Positions 39,211 to 49,215 of a stretch of DNA of 64,000 bases are shown here, piece after piece. The notes beneath the pieces were generated by a model. That model was not told where the DNA came from. It did not search any database and worked only from the letters and a program-made list of their open reading frames with translations. Positions within the stretch are counted from its first letter, which is position 1; each line of letters opens with the position of its first letter. This DNA is from a virus: positions 1 through 64,000 of the IMG/VR virus record IMGVR_UViG_3300038696_000205; one strand, written 5' to 3'. The translations under genes were made by a program, and so were the position numbers.

Positions 39211-39402
39211 GATATTATGGTTTAAATTATTTGTTACATCAAAGATACAAATAATAAATGTAACTACCAAATAAAAATATTAAATAAAAACTTGTGTATT
39301 AAAAAACTTTGTTTTATATTTGCAACCGCATTAAAGCAGACTATTGGGAATCACCAGTATAATGTACGGTATAATATACTGGTGAGTTTTAACATAATGT
39401 GT

Positions 39403-39789
39403 CTACCACATGCCGTAGGCTTCTCTATTTAGCTCTACTTTACTTTCAATCCATTTCAATACTTTTTCAGAATAGTAGGGTGTGCCGTTTTCTTCTAGGA
39501 AATTGCTTAACTTTCTTCGCACGTTTCTTGCATCTATACTGGTTTCCATTTTCAGGACGGTTCTTTTGCTGTAATAATCCCTGAACTCTAATGTGAGGTC
39601 GTTACCCTTAATGATAACACAAATAATACCACCTACCACGGACTCGCCAATCTTGAAACTTTTAGTTGCCTTTAACATCTTATAACTTATTTTGGTTAAT
39701 AATTTTAGCCGTTTGTCGAACCCATGTACACATTTGTGTATATTGCTATTCCACATATCAAAGATAATACTTTTAATTGAATCTACCAA
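39403..39789 (-). CDS. hypothetical protein
   Basis: ORF behind promoter at ~39760; true start is downstream of the track start. Confidence 0.7.
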   Translation of the reverse strand: MVDSIKSIIFDMWNSNIHKCVHGFDKRLKLLTKISYKMLKATKSFKIGESVVGGIICVIIKGNDLTLEFRDYYSKRTVLKMETSIDARNVRRKLSNFLEENGTPYYSEKVLKWIESKVELNREAYGMW

Positions 39790-39900
39790 ACATTATTTAC
39801 AAATAAAAAGGTTCGCACAATTAAGTACGAACCTCCTAACAAACAACAGGGAACCACCCCTATAACCAGTTTAGTACTGGTCAAACATCAACATCAAATC

Positions 39901-40386
39901 TTATATCGTTATTGATAGCGAACCATCTAAGGTTTTGCTATTTTCACCCCATGGCTTGAAACTAAAACCTATGTTTCTTTTTGGGAATATCTCTTTATAT
40001 AATTCAAAAGGTCTTCCCCAGTCGTCAGCATCACCATCACTAGTAACCTTTGTACTTCTAATGTGGTATTTAATTGACATTAAGAATAAACATACCGCCA
40101 AATCATAAGGCTTCCTAGCGGTCTTACAGAAATTATAATCAACCTCGCCCAAATCAATTAACATAGACTCATGGTCAAGTCCAAATTTAGAATTACCATT
40201 GAACGATATAAAGTCGTCATAGTAAACTACTCCATGTTTTTCACCCAAACCATCATGTAGGGTAAAGTGGTCTTCAAATTCAGGATTTGTAACAAAAGCT
40301 TCAATAGCTTTCATATCGGCTGTTAATTTCTTAAAGTTTCTTTTTGAAACTTCTCTTGACATACTAAAATAATGTGTGTAACCCAT
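39901..40386 (-). CDS. conserved hypothetical protein (MGYTHY family)
   Basis: MGYTHYF..FCKTARKPYDLAV..VTSDGD motifs. Confidence 0.85.
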   Translation of the reverse strand: MGYTHYFSMSREVSKRNFKKLTADMKAIEAFVTNPEFEDHFTLHDGLGEKHGVVYYDDFISFNGNSKFGLDHESMLIDLGEVDYNFCKTARKPYDLAVCLFLMSIKYHIRSTKVTSDGDADDWGRPFELYKEIFPKRNIGFSFKPWGENSKTLDGSLSITI

Positions 40387-40459
40387 AATATAATTGTTTA
40401 TTTGTTCCCTACAAAGATAATACTTTTAATTGAATCTACCAAACATTATTTAATATTTT

Positions 40460-40706
40460 TAATATAAAAGGTAAGAAGCATTGTTTATCTCGCCCATACA
40501 CCCTTTAAGGGGTGCGTTCCCAGTCGGCTCATGGCAGACTATTTGCGAATGCAGGAATATTTTACCTGTACCTTCCTCTTGTGGTACAGTACTCCTTACC
40601 AATTAATTAAACCGTCAACCCTCGGTGCTACTTTTAAGTTTCTAGTTATGTGAGGGTAATTTTATATAGTTCACTAATCTATACTTCACAATAACGGTTA
40701 TTTTCT
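40460..40706 (-). ncRNA. candidate structured ncRNA (~250 nt)
   Basis: Promoter 40713-44, no ORF, raised GC, several hairpins. Confidence 0.45.
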
Positions 40707-40755
40707 ACTCTGTAAAGATAATACTTTTAATTGAATCTACCAAATATATTTTGAT

Positions 40756-40977
40756 TTATTCTTCTCTAGCTAAAAAATTAGCTATCTCGTGCCGTAATAT
40801 GTTCCAACCTCCAGCGGTAGTTGCTTGGTCAAGTAATAACCTAGCTTCACCTATTACCCTACGTTTTTTTATGGTCGTTGGGGTGTATTTGTCAGTACCC
40901 TTAATAGTTGTTTTGGGTATAGGTCTATTGGTTATCGCCCTTAACCTATTTCTTTGGTTCGTATAATAAGCTTCCAT
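40756..40977 (-). CDS. hypothetical protein
   Basis: 73-aa ORF coupled to upstream gene. Confidence 0.65.
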   Translation of the reverse strand: MEAYYTNQRNRLRAITNRPIPKTTIKGTDKYTPTTIKKRRVIGEARLLLDQATTAGGWNILRHEIANFLAREE

Positions 40978-40978
40978 A

Positions 40979-41215
40979 TTACTCGTTTTCGATTATCCAA
41001 GTTTCAACTTCATCTATGAAGTCGGTAACTTCTTCCTCTTGCTCTTTACCGTCTTCATCATAATAGTCATCGGTAGTTGGTAGAGACACCCCAATCATAG
41101 TTCCTAGGTATTCATCGTTTACCGTGACCTCAACACCATTATCATAATCGTCATTAAAGAATAACCTACATACTACGTTATCATTTGTAGGGGTACTAAA
41201 GCTGAATTGTGACAT
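40979..41215 (-). CDS. acidic hypothetical protein
   Basis: Own promoter at 41242. Confidence 0.75.
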   Translation of the reverse strand: MSQFSFSTPTNDNVVCRLFFNDDYDNGVEVTVNDEYLGTMIGVSLPTTDDYYDEDGKEQEEEVTDFIDEVETWIIENE

Positions 41216-41260
41216 AATTTATTTGTTTTATTTGTTCTTAACAAAGATACGAATTAATAT

Positions 41261-41509
41261 TTAGTCTACCAAATTATTTTTAAATAAAATCAATAATTCT
41301 TCTCTATTCATAAAATGTAGTTTGGTATCACCATCTTGACTATAAAAATGTAGTATAGGGTACATTTTACCTTCTTCCTTATCGTACTCTATTAATATGG
41401 TTTCACCGTTTAAAGTCTCAAATGTATGTTCATCGCTTTTACGCTTAGGGTCGTTCACCATTAGTAAAACCAACTTGTTCATATCACTATTGGTCATTGT
41501 AAAGTACAC
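41261..41509 (-). CDS. hypothetical protein (possibly C-terminal part of a frameshifted gene starting at 41705 with a signal peptide)
   Basis: 82-aa ORF; upstream ORF MKTSLKFLIVILL.. follows promoter at 41727. Confidence 0.55.
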   Translation of the reverse strand: MYFTMTNSDMNKLVLLMVNDPKRKSDEHTFETLNGETILIEYDKEEGKMYPILHFYSQDGDTKLHFMNREELLILFKNNLVD

Positions 41510-41760
41510 CCACTTGAAACACGTTGGTTTATTTGAATGTACGCTTACCTTTTGCGTTTTTAAAACTTAGGGTCGAATGTGTTGTCGTCTTGGTCATTTC
41601 GGCTATCTCATAACCACCAAAGGACATCTTGCTATTAACGGTCTGGGCATTACCCACCCAAGAGGTTAATAGAATTACGATTAAGAATTTTAGTGAAGTT
41701 TTCATGGTTGTTTTTATTTGTTCATAGTAAAGATACGAATTAAAAACTAGACCACCAAAT

Positions 41761-42078
41761 TTATTTCCTAATAAATGCGAATAATTTTCTCTTTTTAAGA
41801 TAATTTAGTTTCTTCTCGTTTTTATAGGCTTCCTTCTCAAAGATTATATTCATATAAGCCGTTTTAACATCACCGTACTTTAAATACTGTATAAGAAAAT
41901 CAAATGCGTACCAAATATAAAATAATATTATCAATAATTCAAGTTGTTGTCTTAAATGAATATTCTCATGATTCAATCTAACTTGTGTAGCTTTCGACAT
42001 ATCCTTGAAAATGATAAAAGGGAATATCGTAATTGCAGCATATCCCCTTGGTACTAAATACTTATTGATTATTGTCAT
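41761..42078 (-). CDS. conserved hypothetical protein with HExxH motif
   Basis: AITIFPFII..HENIHLRQQLEL..FEKEAY.NE..YL..RK.FA. Confidence 0.8.
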   Translation of the reverse strand: MTIINKYLVPRGYAAITIFPFIIFKDMSKATQVRLNHENIHLRQQLELLIILFYIWYAFDFLIQYLKYGDVKTAYMNIIFEKEAYKNEKKLNYLKKRKLFAFIRK

Positions 42079-42120
42079 AACTTTGGTTAATTTCTATATA
42101 AATATGTAACAATGATAGAA

Positions 42121-42444
42121 TTAGTTTGTCCTATCTTCAATAAATGATTCAATTGTTTCATAAAAATCCTTATTTACCCAAGTTTCACCCTCATATTCTT
42201 TCTCAAATTCAGCAGTAAGGTTTGATGCTAGTGCGGATATACTCATTTTACCCTTCATTAAGCGCATTTCTCTAACTGGATTACCCAATACATCACAAAG
42301 ATATAATAGTTCGCTAGTGACCTCGAAAAACGTTTCCTGATAGGATACAAAGCCATTGGGCATATCTTCCGTGATTGCGGTCATAATATCCCAAGCACCC
42401 TCAACATTTTTTGGGTTACCATCTTTAATTGGCATAATTTTCAT
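42121..42444 (-). CDS. hypothetical protein
   Basis: Start set at ATG 42444 since the track start is inside the -7 box. Confidence 0.75.
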   Translation of the reverse strand: MKIMPIKDGNPKNVEGAWDIMTAITEDMPNGFVSYQETFFEVTSELLYLCDVLGNPVREMRLMKGKMSISALASNLTAEFEKEYEGETWVNKDFYETIESFIEDRTN

Positions 42445-42670
42445 CTTGTTTGTTTTATTTGTTCTTAGCAAAGATACTAAATAAAAACTAATCTACCAAA
42501 TTTATTTTTATTCATCTGATTTACTTAGTCCAAGCCCACATAAAAATCCACCTGATAACATAATTATAACATACATTATCATAAATTTAGGTGACGTAAA
42601 TAATAATTCATAATAAAACATCACCGATGAAAACCCAATAGCTAATAATAAAAGCCCTATAATCGTTATG

Positions 42671-42868
42671 TTATGTGATTTCATTTTTTTCTGTTTTAAG
42701 ATTTTTGATTTGTTTTTTATATTTCCCTAACAATTCCTCATGCATACCATCATTTAATAGTTTCAACTTGTTTAGATATTTTCCCACTCCACAATTTTCA
42801 ATGGTCTTCGTTCCCATCCTTAAACCTCTTAAACCATTTTCAATTCTAGTGATATATAATTTTTCCAT
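42671..42868 (-). CDS. small hypothetical protein
   Basis: Behind TATATTTG box. Confidence 0.65.
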   Translation of the reverse strand: MEKLYITRIENGLRGLRMGTKTIENCGVGKYLNKLKLLNDGMHEELLGKYKKQIKNLKTEKNEIT

Positions 42869-42909
42869 ACTACAAATATAACTGATTAATTATTAATTTA
42901 CGAATATTT

Positions 42910-43500
42910 CTACGATTTAATTTCTAAACCTTCATACCACTTATCTTCGATATGCTCACTAATACCATTGGTACTCAAATTATCACCATAGAACCCATAA
43001 CAAGAGTCTATATGGTCGCCATTTTCATCGGTTACCTCAAAACCATATACCTCACCACTAATCCAATTATTAAGCGTATCAACCTCTGAAACCGCAATAT
43101 CGTTAGCCATCTTAATATATTTCTTGGTAACGTTTTTAATTCCCCAATTCTCCCTGATATCTTTTTTGGTTACAACTACGAACCCAATGGTTCCAGAATC
43201 CCACCTACAATTAAATGGGTACCCATTGCTAGTGCTGATTGAAGTGCCAGAATGTTGATATAGGTTAACGGGAATGACTACAGCGCAGTCAAGTTCTTTA
43301 CTGATTTTTTCAGCACCATCGATTTTAAAACTATCCCGACTATCATAATCGGGTAAGTTGATATTGTGCTTATCACCCAAATGGTTATGCCTACCAAAGA
43401 AAATCATTTCACTTAGGTTATACCAATTTCTAGGTGACTCGGAATCTGTATCGTTTACTATCTTAATTGTTTCGTTTCCTAATGTGAATTCAGTTATCAT
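42910..43500 (-). CDS. conserved hypothetical protein
   Basis: SPRNW.NL, LYQHSG.SIS, WDSG.IGF, GEVYGF, DSCYGFYG motifs typical of a phage/plasmid early protein family. Confidence 0.85.
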   Translation of the reverse strand: MITEFTLGNETIKIVNDTDSESPRNWYNLSEMIFFGRHNHLGDKHNINLPDYDSRDSFKIDGAEKISKELDCAVVIPVNLYQHSGTSISTSNGYPFNCRWDSGTIGFVVVTKKDIRENWGIKNVTKKYIKMANDIAVSEVDTLNNWISGEVYGFEVTDENGDHIDSCYGFYGDNLSTNGISEHIEDKWYEGLEIKS

Positions 43501-43565
43501 GTTGTTTGTTTTATTTGTTCAATACAAAGATACTAAATAAAAATAACCCTACCAAATAAAATTCA

Positions 43566-43811
43566 CTATTCCTTATAATATTTTTCTAAGCTATACTCTT
43601 TAAGTTTAGCTCTGTTTTTAGCCAACACAACTTTAACGGACTCATTATCCATGCTCCAAACATTGGAACTTATTAATCCCTGTATTAGTTTTTCATCATT
43701 TTTTAACTCTAGGTATTTTTTCTTACGTAGTCTATACGCCCTCCAATCTTCAAAAGAATACAGCAACTCAAAAAAAAAGAATAGAATATTTAAAAATAAT
43801 TTCTTAATCAT
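43566..43811 (-). CDS. hypothetical protein
   Basis: 81-aa ORF. Confidence 0.65.
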   Translation of the reverse strand: MIKKLFLNILFFFFELLYSFEDWRAYRLRKKKYLELKNDEKLIQGLISSNVWSMDNESVKVVLAKNRAKLKEYSLEKYYKE

Positions 43812-43999
43812 AATTATTTAAGATTATAAAATTGTTCAAGTTGTTCTAACTCGTTTTCATCTTCACTTGTATCGTTATCCCTATTCTTATCATATTGAAT
43901 AGAAGCGATTAAAGTACCCCTATGTAAGTTTACATGGAATTTACTTGCACTAGGTTTAAAGTTATATGTTTTCATAAGTCAAAGATACGAATTAAAGTC

Positions 44000-44320
44000 T
44001 TATAACCCAAATGTTTTAACATTTTTTATTTCCTTAAATTCAAATATGATTTTCTTAGGGAATAAAAAATTCTTAAAACTAATTTCCTCCCTAGTCATAT
44101 TAACTGGATTACCTTTTGAATCAAAAGGGGAAACCTCATATAATTTATTATTGATATGAACCTCACCATCCGTAAAAAACCATGAGATATATGAGTAATT
44201 ATAGTCCAGGCGTTCCAATTCACTCTTTAACAAGTGCGCACCAATACAACCTGATTTAGACCATGTTTGATAACCTCTGTTTATTATCCTATTGGTTAGT
44301 TTTGTTATTATAGTTTCCAT
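44000..44320 (-). CDS. hypothetical protein
   Basis: 106-aa ORF; TATTTAT motif upstream. Confidence 0.7.
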   Translation of the reverse strand: METIITKLTNRIINRGYQTWSKSGCIGAHLLKSELERLDYNYSYISWFFTDGEVHINNKLYEVSPFDSKGNPVNMTREEISFKNFLFPKKIIFEFKEIKNVKTFGL

Positions 44321-44417
44321 AATTAACGTATTTATTATATAAATATACTGCTTTTTTATATAAAAAACAAAAAAAAGGCACTAAAAAGCACTTTTTTAAC
44401 ATATTTTACCCTAAAAC

Positions 44418-44816
44418 CTAGATATTCCTATTTAAAATCTCGTAACCATCATCTTTGAATTTTGTTAACATACTCTATTTCCATGTTTGGAAATCCTTAT
44501 GTTTCTTCAATTTTGACAATAAAAGGGGAAAGTTTACAGTATAATGTTTTTCATCCTTGGATAAACACCAACCTTTTGACTGATTTACGGTTACAAAGTT
44601 GTAATTTTCAACAATTTCAAGAATTTCGCTCTCGGTTTCTAAGTTTCCGTACTTCTTATGTACCTCGTTTGAGTTACTGGATAGGTCGTTAGGACCTCCC
44701 TGACCTCGATTGGACACATCGCAGATATATTCCCCATTATCCCATAACTCGCCACTAAAACAAGCCGTTTCTTCTGATAACGCTTCATTGAATTTAATCT
44801 TTCTTACTTCTAATAT
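44418..44816 (-). pseudogene. hypothetical protein with ATA at the expected start and in-frame TAG at 44477-75
   Basis: SEET.CF.G.L..NG....VSNRGQGG.N motif; frame continues SMLTKFKDDGYEILNRNI after TAG. Confidence 0.55.
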
Positions 44817-44919
44817 AACTGAATTGTTTATTTGTTCAATACTCCCGTTGGTCGGGCTTACCACAAAGATACAAAATAAAAACTAATCTACCAAATTAAT
44901 GATAGATTAGTTTTATAAT

Positions 44920-45255
44920 TTAAGCCTGTTGTGGAGAATTAACCCCATCGGCAAACAAACCACCAAATTTAAAATCAACACCACCTTTCGTAGAGAAAAT
45001 ATCGCTATCTTCATTACCATAGGTTAGGATAATATCAATATCCTTATGCTCGGTCAATTCTAGCTCGGCTATTGCTTCTGCAATTGTCATTGGTTCAATG
45101 TCACCGAATTCACTTATGAATATTTCTCGGTAATCATCATGCTCACTAAAGATAGTTACATTCTGCTTTCCGCAATATCTTGTGATAGTTCCCAATAACG
45201 GTTTATTGGGTTGGTTACTCGTTTTTAACTTGTCAATTAATTCTTGAACTGTCAT
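44920..45255 (-). CDS. hypothetical protein
   Basis: Own promoter; two MT..ELI..L-like repeats. Confidence 0.75.
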   Translation of the reverse strand: MTVQELIDKLKTSNQPNKPLLGTITRYCGKQNVTIFSEHDDYREIFISEFGDIEPMTIAEAIAELELTEHKDIDIILTYGNEDSDIFSTKGGVDFKFGGLFADGVNSPQQA

Positions 45256-45334
45256 GATATTATTGTTTTGTTTTAATGTTAATCAAAGATACAAAATAAA
45301 AACTAACCCACCAAATAAATGATGGGTTATTTTT

Positions 45335-45715
45335 TTAAAAGAATTTATCTCCAATGGATAAATTAAAAGTCTCCTCAAACCAATCCCATATATCGTATTT
45401 ATGCGTGCCAACTACAAAATGTAAAAATTCTTCTTCTATGTGTTCATCTTCTTCTTCGTCACATGGAATATCTCCCAACTTAACCCAAAGTGCCTTGTAA
45501 TCAATATCCATTAAATATGAATCCGTATTACATTCTGGACAACCCTTTAGAAAGTCACGCTCACTAGGTTCATCATTTAACCTTTGCACCGCACCACCAG
45601 TTTGCTCGGTTGCCGTTGGTGTCTCGTTTTCATCGTTGATGTCGAACTCAACCAAGATAAGGTCTTCTTCATCACCGTACCACCCACAATTATTACACTC
45701 ACAAAAATTTTTCAT
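45335..45715 (-). CDS. hypothetical zinc-ribbon protein
   Basis: CNNCGWYG..GCPECNTDSYLMD; IWDWFEE.F. Confidence 0.8.
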   Translation of the reverse strand: MKNFCECNNCGWYGDEEDLILVEFDINDENETPTATEQTGGAVQRLNDEPSERDFLKGCPECNTDSYLMDIDYKALWVKLGDIPCDEEEDEHIEEEFLHFVVGTHKYDIWDWFEETFNLSIGDKFF

Positions 45716-45794
45716 AACGCTTGTTTTATTTGTTCCCTACAAAGATACTAAATAAAAATAACCCTACCAAATATTTGATAAGGTTATTTTATAT

Positions 45795-46001
45795 TTATTT
45801 AACCACATAGTATTCACTTGACACACTCAAAAAATATTTCCAATCGTTTTCGGTAGAGTTTTCATCAGAATCAAACTCATATTGGCTAACTGGGTGAGTT
45901 CTATATTTTACAAAAAACTTACCATCAATATATTTTCTAATGGTAAAGGTTCGTTTACTTTTATTTGACGTTACCTTAATCGTTTCTCTTTGTTTTCTCA
46001 T
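45795..46001 (-). CDS. conserved small hypothetical protein
   Basis: N.SKRTFTIR..KYRT..EF..END.W..FL motif. Confidence 0.75.
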   Translation of the reverse strand: MRKQRETIKVTSNKSKRTFTIRKYIDGKFFVKYRTHPVSQYEFDSDENSTENDWKYFLSVSSEYYVVK

Positions 46002-46043
46002 AATACATGCTCTATAACGGCAGTTACATTAGGAGCTTTTACG

Positions 46044-46262
46044 TTATTCGCCTAATGAAACAGTAACCTCGGTATCACTATACCACTCGTTTACATGAAT
46101 TATCTCGGTATATATATCGGAATCTTCTGGAGCAAGTCCTGCGGTGTTAGCTTGCTCTAGAATGGCATCCGCAATGTTTTGCGCCATCTCGTTCTTATCT
46201 TCATCACTTGTGATTTTATCACTTGTGGTAATCGTAACCATAAATCTAGTTTCCTTATTCAT
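46044..46262 (-). CDS. small acidic protein
   Basis: Own promoter at 46287. Confidence 0.75.
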   Translation of the reverse strand: MNKETRFMVTITTSDKITSDEDKNEMAQNIADAILEQANTAGLAPEDSDIYTEIIHVNEWYSDTEVTVSLGE

Positions 46263-46305
46263 TTTGTTTGTTTTATTTGTTCAATACAAAGATACGAATT
46301 AAAAT

Positions 46306-46578
46306 CTAATCTACCAAACTATTTTTATAATATAATTCAAAACTTCTGTTCTTATAATCATCTGAATTATACCACTTATTTAAAGCACATTCCCATTTGA
46401 AGTCTTTAAATTTATTATAGTAGCTAGCATCACAACGTCTATTTTTTAAATAGAACTTATCCAAAATTTCCTGTTCATCAACACCCTCTAAAATAACCTC
46501 ACTAATGTTGAATCTCTCATTACCAGAAAAATTATAGTGGTCTATTTTTCTAACATATTCCTGTACAATAGCTTACAT
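46306..46578 (-). pseudogene. 90-codon ORF with TAA at codon 2
   Basis: ATG TAA GCT ATT GTA CAG.. open to TAG 46306; own promoter at 46606. Confidence 0.65.
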
Positions 46579-46703
46579 AATATATTTGTTTATTTGTTGC
46601 TTAATCAAAGATACGATTAATAATCTTATAAACCTAATAATATTTAAACAAAAATAAATTAAAATATGTTTGGTAGAACCAAATAAAAGCCGTATCTTTA
46701 CGG

Positions 46704-46765
46704 TGTACAAAGATACGGGCTGACCTAGCAAGTTAGAAGAGTAGACTCCGACCTACCTTATACTC
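46704..46765 (+). ncRNA. three-hairpin repeat element copy D
   Basis: TGTACAAAGATACGGGCTGACCTAGCAAGTTAGAAGAGTAGACTCC behind TTTG-N20-TATCTTTA. Confidence 0.6.
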
Positions 46766-46870
46766 AAATTAAAATAAAAAATAAAAATAGGGTGCGAATC
46801 ACCACACCCTACTCTAATATAAAAAATAAAACAACCAAATTATGGAATATCTGGTATTTTTTAATAACTT

Positions 46871-47071
46871 CTAAGGTTGGTAGAAGTCAATTAATATTTC
46901 AAAAATCCCTAAATCAGGATTATATTCTATAAATTCTTCAATCGATAAATTTGTATTATCGTTCTTAGCTATATATGCATCCCATGCATCACATACCGTA
47001 ATAAATCCACAATCGGAACTTACAGTTCCAATTATTTCTTCATCTAAATCGTGCAATTGTATTCCGCTCAT
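46871..47071 (-). CDS. small hypothetical protein
   Basis: Own promoter at 47098. Confidence 0.7.
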   Translation of the reverse strand: MSGIQLHDLDEEIIGTVSSDCGFITVCDAWDAYIAKNDNTNLSIEEFIEYNPDLGIFEILIDFYQP

Positions 47072-47145
47072 ATTCTTATATTTATTTGTTGCTTAATCAA
47101 AGATACGATTAATAATCGTATAAACCTAATTTAATTTCATTAAAA

Positions 47146-47352
47146 TTAATCCTCTTGATATACAAAAGGTTGTATTGTAATTGAATCGGAAGCATCCTGT
47201 AATACGCTAACATCAATATTAACACCCTCGAAATTAAGTGTATTAAAATCTTCATCCATATAACACCACATACCATTTTTATTGTAAACCACAATATTAA
47301 CTTGTGGGAAAAATGATTTTACATGTTGAAATGCTGTAACTACTTTTGACAT
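47146..47352 (-). CDS. small hypothetical protein
   Basis: Own promoter at 47376. Confidence 0.7.
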   Translation of the reverse strand: MSKVVTAFQHVKSFFPQVNIVVYNKNGMWCYMDEDFNTLNFEGVNIDVSVLQDASDSITIQPFVYQED

Positions 47353-47435
47353 AACATTTTTTTTTATTGCTTAATCAAAGATACAAATAAAAATCCTAAC
47401 TACCAAAAGTAATTAGGATTTTTATTAATTAATTT

Positions 47436-48263
47436 TTATGCATTAACAACCTCGTTATTTTCTACATTAATAATAAAGTCGTTATTATCTAGGTTATCCT
47501 TATTAACCCCTTTTGTGCCCTTGCCAGTCATTAACTTATACTTTAGACCTACAATGACATTATCCTTATCTAAGAACCTTAAATCGCTTTCGTCACCGTT
47601 AACAACCTCATAGCCCATATAAGTTTTAGGTAAGTCGCTTTCGTTACGTACACCAAAAACCATAGCAACATTATGACCGTTTTTTAACATTGCCATACTT
47701 TTTTCATCGTTCGTTTCAGAACGGCTAAAAGTTAAATGCAAATTTTTAGGTAGGCCGGCATTATACCTTAAATAATTTTTGGTATAATCGTAAAATTGAA
47801 TTTCAGGAAATAACTCAAAGATATTTTTACCATCTTTAATCTTAAATTTCTCAAATCTAATATCAGCCGTACCGTTTAAACGTACTGCAAACTTTTTATA
47901 CCTTAATACATCACCGTTACGTTTTAGCGTTAAATCGCCTAATATGGCATCATGCTTTGCTTCTATTTTAGTTAGTTCATCTACCAACTGGTTAAGAAAT
48001 TTTACCCTATCGGCTAAAAAATACTCGGTCTTATTAACTTTGCCCGCTTGAACTTTGTCGAACCTAGCAGCACCACTACTAAAGAGACAAGCAGCAGCAC
48101 AACCCTTGCTCGCATGACTACATAAATTGATACCCTTACTATTTTGGGTAAAAGGAGACATATACATTATATAAGTGGTATATGAAAATTTTTCACCCTT
48201 AATGGTTTTGCTATTTTCAGTAGATAATAAATTGTTGGGAACTCGGTAATTTAAAGTTTTCAT
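47436..48263 (-). CDS. GP88-like phage protein
   Basis: LC..ASKGCAAACL, VRLNGTADI, QFYDYTK, HLTFS.SE, VNGDESDLRFLD, VGLKYK; start set at ATG 48263. Confidence 0.75.
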   Translation of the reverse strand: MKTLNYRVPNNLLSTENSKTIKGEKFSYTTYIMYMSPFTQNSKGINLCSHASKGCAAACLFSSGAARFDKVQAGKVNKTEYFLADRVKFLNQLVDELTKIEAKHDAILGDLTLKRNGDVLRYKKFAVRLNGTADIRFEKFKIKDGKNIFELFPEIQFYDYTKNYLRYNAGLPKNLHLTFSRSETNDEKSMAMLKNGHNVAMVFGVRNESDLPKTYMGYEVVNGDESDLRFLDKDNVIVGLKYKLMTGKGTKGVNKDNLDNNDFIINVENNEVVNA

Positions 48264-48342
48264 GTTGTTTGTTTTTTTGTTCAATACAAAGATACAATAT
48301 ATAATTGAATTGACCTAATAATATTAAATAAAATTTACTTAA

Positions 48343-48576
48343 TTAAAATGAACCTATAAGAGTCTGTTTAACCTGACTACCATAGCACCAACTACCATTA
48401 TCCAAAACCAGTATAACACTACGACCCCTTACATCAACCCATGGCACTTCTTCAACATCATCACCAGACTTGTTAACACAATTAATTTCAATACCTTTAA
48501 CCACCACTAACTTAGGCGCATCACTACCAAAACAACCCCTCCAAGATACTACATCACCAACTTTTAAATTTACCAT
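48343..48576 (-). CDS. small hypothetical protein
   Basis: LKVGDVVSWRG.FG..P..LDNG.W.YG.Q. Confidence 0.75.
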   Translation of the reverse strand: MVNLKVGDVVSWRGCFGSDAPKLVVVKGIEINCVNKSGDDVEEVPWVDVRGRSVILVLDNGSWCYGSQVKQTLIGSF

Positions 48577-48791
48577 AATTTCTATTGTTTTATTTGTTCA
48601 ATCAAAGATACAAATTAATATCTTATAAACCTAATTTCCCTTATGTGATTTTAAAAACATTATAGAATTTTCATAATTCTTAATCATTTTAAAATAAGCC
48701 TTAATTATAATATCATTATCTTTAGTAAGAACTTCTAACCTTACCTTATACAATTGATATTCCAATAATTTAATAGCTAACCATTTCATAA

Positions 48792-49019
48792 TTATAATTC
48801 TTTTAATTCATAATCCCTAGTACCAAAACCATTTACAAATAACCATGCCCGTATTTCATTCTTAGCATCATCGCCAATAGATTTTTCTATATTAAAAAAT
48901 AACTTAGGAATATCATTAACAATCTCATATACATCAATAAATATAATACCATTAAGTTCAGCCTTACCATTGCGAACCCGTGTTTGTTTATCAACCGTAA
49001 AATAAAGTCTACCTTTCAT
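48792..49019 (-). CDS. small hypothetical protein
   Basis: Start set at ATG 49019 downstream of promoter at 49043. Confidence 0.7.
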   Translation of the reverse strand: MKGRLYFTVDKQTRVRNGKAELNGIIFIDVYEIVNDIPKLFFNIEKSIGDDAKNEIRAWLFVNGFGTRDYELKEL

Positions 49020-49152
49020 AACTCCTGTTTTAATCGTTCCCCACAAAGATACAAAACAATATCTTATAAACCTAATAAAAACATAACGAAAATAAAATAA
49101 AAATAATTGCAATTATGTTTGGTGGAACCAATTATTAATCGTACCTTTACAA

Positions 49153-49215
49153 TGTGCAAGAGACACGGGCTGACCCAGCAAGTCAGAAGAGTAGACTCCA
49201 CCGAACCCTATACCC
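49153..49215 (+). ncRNA. three-hairpin repeat element copy E
   Basis: TGTGCAAGAGACACGGGCTGACCCAGCAAGTCAGAAGAGTAGACTCC behind TTTG-N20-TACCTTTA. Confidence 0.6.
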
